From NCBI GenBank assembly GCA_049291335.1, contig JBATPG010000071.1, positions 1-29,949 on the forward strand: DNA of 29,949 nucleotides. The letters run 5' to 3'. The stretch's first letter is position 1. Each line of letters starts with the position of its first letter. Below the pieces are notes generated by a model, which was not told the DNA's origin, did not search any database, and saw nothing but the letters and a program-made list of their open reading frames with translations. Shown in pieces: positions 26,646 through 29,949 of the stretch. Source of the stretch: Candidatus Saccharimonadales bacterium (GTDB lineage Bacteria > Patescibacteriota > Saccharimonadia > Saccharimonadales > UBA4665). The position numbers and the translations under genes were made by a program.

Positions 26646-27044
26646 CTAGTTGGCGACTACCAACGTGCCTTCGGCGTCGTGGTCGTAATGGTCATGAAAA
26701 TACGCTGTGCCAGTTTGGGTAACCAGCAAGCTAAAAGACTCTCCTTTTTTGAGCAGTTTTTCTTCTACGCCCGAGAAAGCTACGTGCTTGTCGTGGTCGC
26801 CAAAGCCTATTTTGCGCGTTTCTGAGTCTGCGTTTTTTATTACAATGCTGTCGCAGAGTTTTGCATTTGTTGTAGCGGGCTTTACGACCCCGTTTTGTAT
26901 AGTAACTTGGTGTGTGCTGCCTTTTTTGCTACAGCTTACGGTGCTTGTTGTTTTACTGTTTACTAGCACTAGCAAAAGTACTGAACCAATAATGATTACA
27001 CCAGAAAATACTGCAGCAAATGTTACCAAAAGCGGTTTATTCAT
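26646..27044 (-). CDS. Cupredoxin-fold protein lacking the type-1 Cys
   Basis: N-terminal TM; LKKGESFS...GTAYFHDHYDH. Confidence 0.7.
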   Translation of the reverse strand: MNKPLLVTFAAVFSGVIIIGSVLLLVLVNSKTTSTVSCSKKGSTHQVTIQNGVVKPATTNAKLCDSIVIKNADSETRKIGFGDHDKHVAFSGVEEKLLKKGESFSLLVTQTGTAYFHDHYDHDAEGTLVVAN

Positions 27045-27046
27045 TG

Positions 27047-27481
27047 CTACTCTTCAACCACTACAGTTGCCTTCATGTAGGGGTGTGGCGAGCAATGGTA
27101 CTCGTAGGTACCTGCCTTGGTAAACGTGTAGCTGTAGCTTTCACCCTTTGCTAGTAGCTCGCTATTTGGGCCTTCTGCTGCGTCGTCGTCCATAACAACA
27201 TCATGTTTAGCGCTATCTTGGTTAGTCCATGTGACTTTGTCGCCCACCTTCACCTTAATTGCTTCTGGGGCATACGCAAAGTCTTTGATGTTTACCGTAG
27301 TAGTTTGTGTAACCTCTGAGCTTTTTGTAGTGTCTGTGCTGTTGCTTGGAGTTTCGCTTTGGCTCGGCATGTTTTTCATTGAGTCTTCTGGCTCGCTATT
27401 TCCAAAAACAAGAGCACCCCCAATGACTAGCACTACTAAAATAATAACCGTTCCAACAATAAATGTAGTTCTTTGGTTCAT
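27047..27481 (-). CDS. Plastocyanin/amicyanin-like blue copper protein
   Basis: WTNQDSAKHDV and YHCSPHPYM type-1 copper ligands; N-terminal anchor. Confidence 0.92.
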   Translation of the reverse strand: MNQRTTFIVGTVIILVVLVIGGALVFGNSEPEDSMKNMPSQSETPSNSTDTTKSSEVTQTTTVNIKDFAYAPEAIKVKVGDKVTWTNQDSAKHDVVMDDDAAEGPNSELLAKGESYSYTFTKAGTYEYHCSPHPYMKATVVVEE

Positions 27482-27609
27482 TTATTACATCCTGTCGTTA
27501 TATGCTTGTTGCTCTTACCAATACTGCTTATGTAAGCATACTTTTTTTGCTACCATAACTCAACCGACACGGCTCATTATTTGACGCAAAAAAGCGTATA
27601 GTTATAGGC

Positions 27610-28233
27610 ATGACAAGAAAACAACTTCTGACCACGGCCGTGTTGTTGCTTGGGGCAGTTCTGACCTACACAAGTTTTGTATGGCTTAAAGAAAACAACT
27701 TTACAGTGTTTGGGCTTAGCGCGTACCAGTACTTTCCGCTTTTTGGCTTGCTGGCCTACATGACCATGTGGGTACAGTACATGGTAGAAGCACTCATGCA
27801 CGGTACAGATACACCGCACAACATAGACTCGTTTTTTAAGCGAACAAGCTTGTTTGTTTTACTTTGCATAGTGCTACACCCGGCCATATTTATTAGTAAA
27901 CTGTATGCTGATGGCGCAGGTTTGCCACCTGCTAGCTACAGCCAGTATGTAGCCGAGAGCATGGTTTGGCTGGTAGGCCTGGGCACCGTTAGCCTACTGC
28001 TATTTATTGCCTTTGAGTTTCGAAAGTACTTTATAAAACTTGGTATTTGGAAGTACATTGTGCTACTAAACGATGTTGCTATGCTGGCAATTTTTTACCA
28101 CGGCCTAAGACTTGGCTCGACTATACAAAGCGGATTGTTTACCTATGTTTGGTACTTTGTTGGAGCCACGCTCGTTGCTGCAATAGCGTACAAATATTAC
28201 TATTGGCACAGCCAAAAACAGTCAGTTATATAG
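27610..28233 (+). CDS. Membrane protein, ferric-reductase-like TM domain (tentative)
   Basis: About 6 TM with intramembrane His (VLHP, FYHG). Confidence 0.55.
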   Translation: MTRKQLLTTAVLLLGAVLTYTSFVWLKENNFTVFGLSAYQYFPLFGLLAYMTMWVQYMVEALMHGTDTPHNIDSFFKRTSLFVLLCIVLHPAIFISKLYADGAGLPPASYSQYVAESMVWLVGLGTVSLLLFIAFEFRKYFIKLGIWKYIVLLNDVAMLAIFYHGLRLGSTIQSGLFTYVWYFVGATLVAAIAYKYYYWHSQKQSVI

Positions 28234-28606
28234 CTAGCACAATAGCAGTAGCTACAGCGCTTATAGCAAATGCTTGTATGTATATGTAGAAAGCCTTTAG
28301 GCTGTCTTTCTTTTTGGCGTCACTGTTTGTAACTTTTACCGCACTGGTAGAGCCTTCGGCTGCGTTTTGCAAACCTGCGCCTGCATAGGCTACGCAAAAC
28401 TTTTGCTGAGCCTGCAAAAAGGCAACACTTGTTATAAAGGCTGGAATAAATACTAACAACCGCATTTGCCAACTTGCGCCTGTTAGAACCATAGTTGTGG
28501 CCAAGACAATAAAAAGCCCAAGGTCAAAAAAGCCTGCCTTGCGGCGTTTAGCAATTTCTTTGGAGTTTATGTTGCACACTCCTGGTATATAGGTTTGGTC
28601 TGCCAT
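28226..28606 (-). CDS. Hypothetical membrane protein
   Basis: YIPGVCNI...RR and KFCVAY motifs, 3 TM; start at 28606 or 28621. Confidence 0.7.
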   Translation of the reverse strand: MADQTYIPGVCNINSKEIAKRRKAGFFDLGLFIVLATTMVLTGASWQMRLLVFIPAFITSVAFLQAQQKFCVAYAGAGLQNAAEGSTSAVKVTNSDAKKKDSLKAFYIYIQAFAISAVATAIVLAI

Positions 28607-28669
28607 AGGTATAACACCCATTATAAGTAGAGTTTAGGTGTTATACTAGAACAAAAGGAACAATAAACA

Positions 28670-29431
28670 CTGCAAAACGACATTATATTACTGGTTACAG
28701 GTCTAATTGTGGGGGCTATGAACGCCATTGCCGGTGGCGGCATGCTAATTGGGTTCCCGGTGCTGATTGCTTTGGGCGTGCCTCCGCTCGTTGCAAATGC
28801 CACTGGGTACATTATTGCTATACCCGGGCAAATTACTTCAATAGTTGGCTATAGAAACTATCTTAAAAAAGTACCACTCATGTACGCCTGGCTCCTAGTG
28901 CCACTACTGCTCGGTTCAACAATCGGCGCTTTAATGCTAAGAAACACGTCTGCAGAAGACTTTGCCCAAATGGTACCTGCACTTGTAGGCTTTGGCGTGG
29001 CGCTGTTTGCTTTTCAGCCGCTTATGCATTTTCACCTGCATCGTCACCTAAAAGGCCGTGCAAAAACAACGTTGCCTTTGGTGCTACTTGGTATAGCTAT
29101 GCTACCACTTGGCTACTACGGTGGGTACTTTGGTGTTGGCTACGGGTTTATTATGCTTGCCTTTTTGGGCTTTACTAACCTGCACGACGCTCATGCTATG
29201 AACGCCATGAAAAACGTTTCTGCCATATGTTTGTCGACCGTTACCATGCTGCTACTGACAGGCTCTGGCCTCATAGACTGGCGCACTGGTTTAGTTATGG
29301 GTGCAGGATCTGCAGTGGGCGGTTATGTGGGTTCAAAGTACTCCCAAAAAGTCTCAAGCCACTGGTTACGTATTGTTATTGTTGTAATCGGCATTGCAGC
29401 CGTTTTTTATCTTGCCCGTTTAGAGTACTAA
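28670..29431 (+). CDS. Sulfite exporter TauE/SafE (TSUP) family protein, probable CTG start
   Basis: MNAIAGGG, ANAT, YGGYFGVG, NAMKN motifs; first TM extends to CTG 28670 after AAAGGA. Confidence 0.9.
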   Translation: MQNDIILLVTGLIVGAMNAIAGGGMLIGFPVLIALGVPPLVANATGYIIAIPGQITSIVGYRNYLKKVPLMYAWLLVPLLLGSTIGALMLRNTSAEDFAQMVPALVGFGVALFAFQPLMHFHLHRHLKGRAKTTLPLVLLGIAMLPLGYYGGYFGVGYGFIMLAFLGFTNLHDAHAMNAMKNVSAICLSTVTMLLLTGSGLIDWRTGLVMGAGSAVGGYVGSKYSQKVSSHWLRIVIVVIGIAAVFYLARLEY

Positions 29432-29474
29432 ATATTTTTACAGATACACTTTGCCTTGCTACACTAGAAGCTTC

Positions 29475-29774
29475 ATGAGAAAAGAAACTAAAGTTACAAG
29501 TATTGCCGTAGGTCCTGATAGGATTGATACGTTGGCTATAGATCCCAGACTCGACGACCGGGAGCGTTCTGTCCTAATTGATAGTGTTGGCCCGCTTGCA
29601 TCTGAGCACGTAGTTCACGCCGGAGACGTTACTCATGTTCAGCCTGATATCGATCCGTCTGCCGAAGCCACAACAGCTGCGGTACGTCACGATGTAGTGC
29701 ATGCGTTAATGACAACAGTACGCCAAGGCGCAATTATATCAACACCAGGAAATTTTCGCGAAAGACCTCTTTAA
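29475..29774 (+). CDS. Hypothetical protein
   Basis: About 99 aa ORF from ATG 29475; TACACT shortly upstream. Confidence 0.55.
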   Translation: MRKETKVTSIAVGPDRIDTLAIDPRLDDRERSVLIDSVGPLASEHVVHAGDVTHVQPDIDPSAEATTAAVRHDVVHALMTTVRQGAIISTPGNFRERPL

Positions 29775-29947
29775 TTCGAAGTGGTAGCGTTTGGCTGTGG
29801 TGCGGCGCTGTTGCCAAGTATGATTATGAAGTCTGCGTTAGGGTAACGAGCCAGCGTTGCTGCGTCTTGTACGACCGATGCTTTGTAGTTCGCTGTTAGG
29901 TACGCTTTGGTGTTTGGCATTTTGTTTGCAGTGTTGTCGATTACCGT
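29771..29947 (-). CDS. C-terminal part of a LytR_C-domain (LCP-associated) protein, cut by window edge
   Basis: TVIDNTANKMPNTKAYL...NADFIIILGN. Confidence 0.7.
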   Translation of the reverse strand, partial: TVIDNTANKMPNTKAYLTANYKASVVQDAATLARYPNADFIIILGNSAAPQPNATTSN

Positions 29948-29949
29948 AG

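Overview
Gene-dense bacterial chromosome segment. Gene content, short HrcA, many ORFans and frequent -10 boxes just ahead of start codons suggest Patescibacteria/Saccharibacteria (inference). It carries tspO, nhaA, a CHAP peptidoglycan hydrolase, two ATP-grasp ligases, an interrupted heat-shock locus (hrcA-grpE-dnaK-dnaJ with four CIRCE operators), a gmk-like gene, NUDIX, lepA, murJ, ftsH, tilS, a phosphatase/HD/kinase cluster, tRNA-Met and a cupredoxin/TSUP cluster. No transposase, integrase or CRISPR array is visible. The most striking feature is a ~95-105 bp three-hairpin repeat at both ends of lepA in inverted orientation. Each copy is flanked by a duplicated piece of the lepA terminus and is crossed by a mini-ORF that could preserve translational coupling. 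A larger, possibly related structured element precedes tRNA-Met. Also notable: a riboswitch-like nhaA leader, CIRCE operators whose spacer contains the -35 box, a candidate attenuator and two unannotated small proteins.
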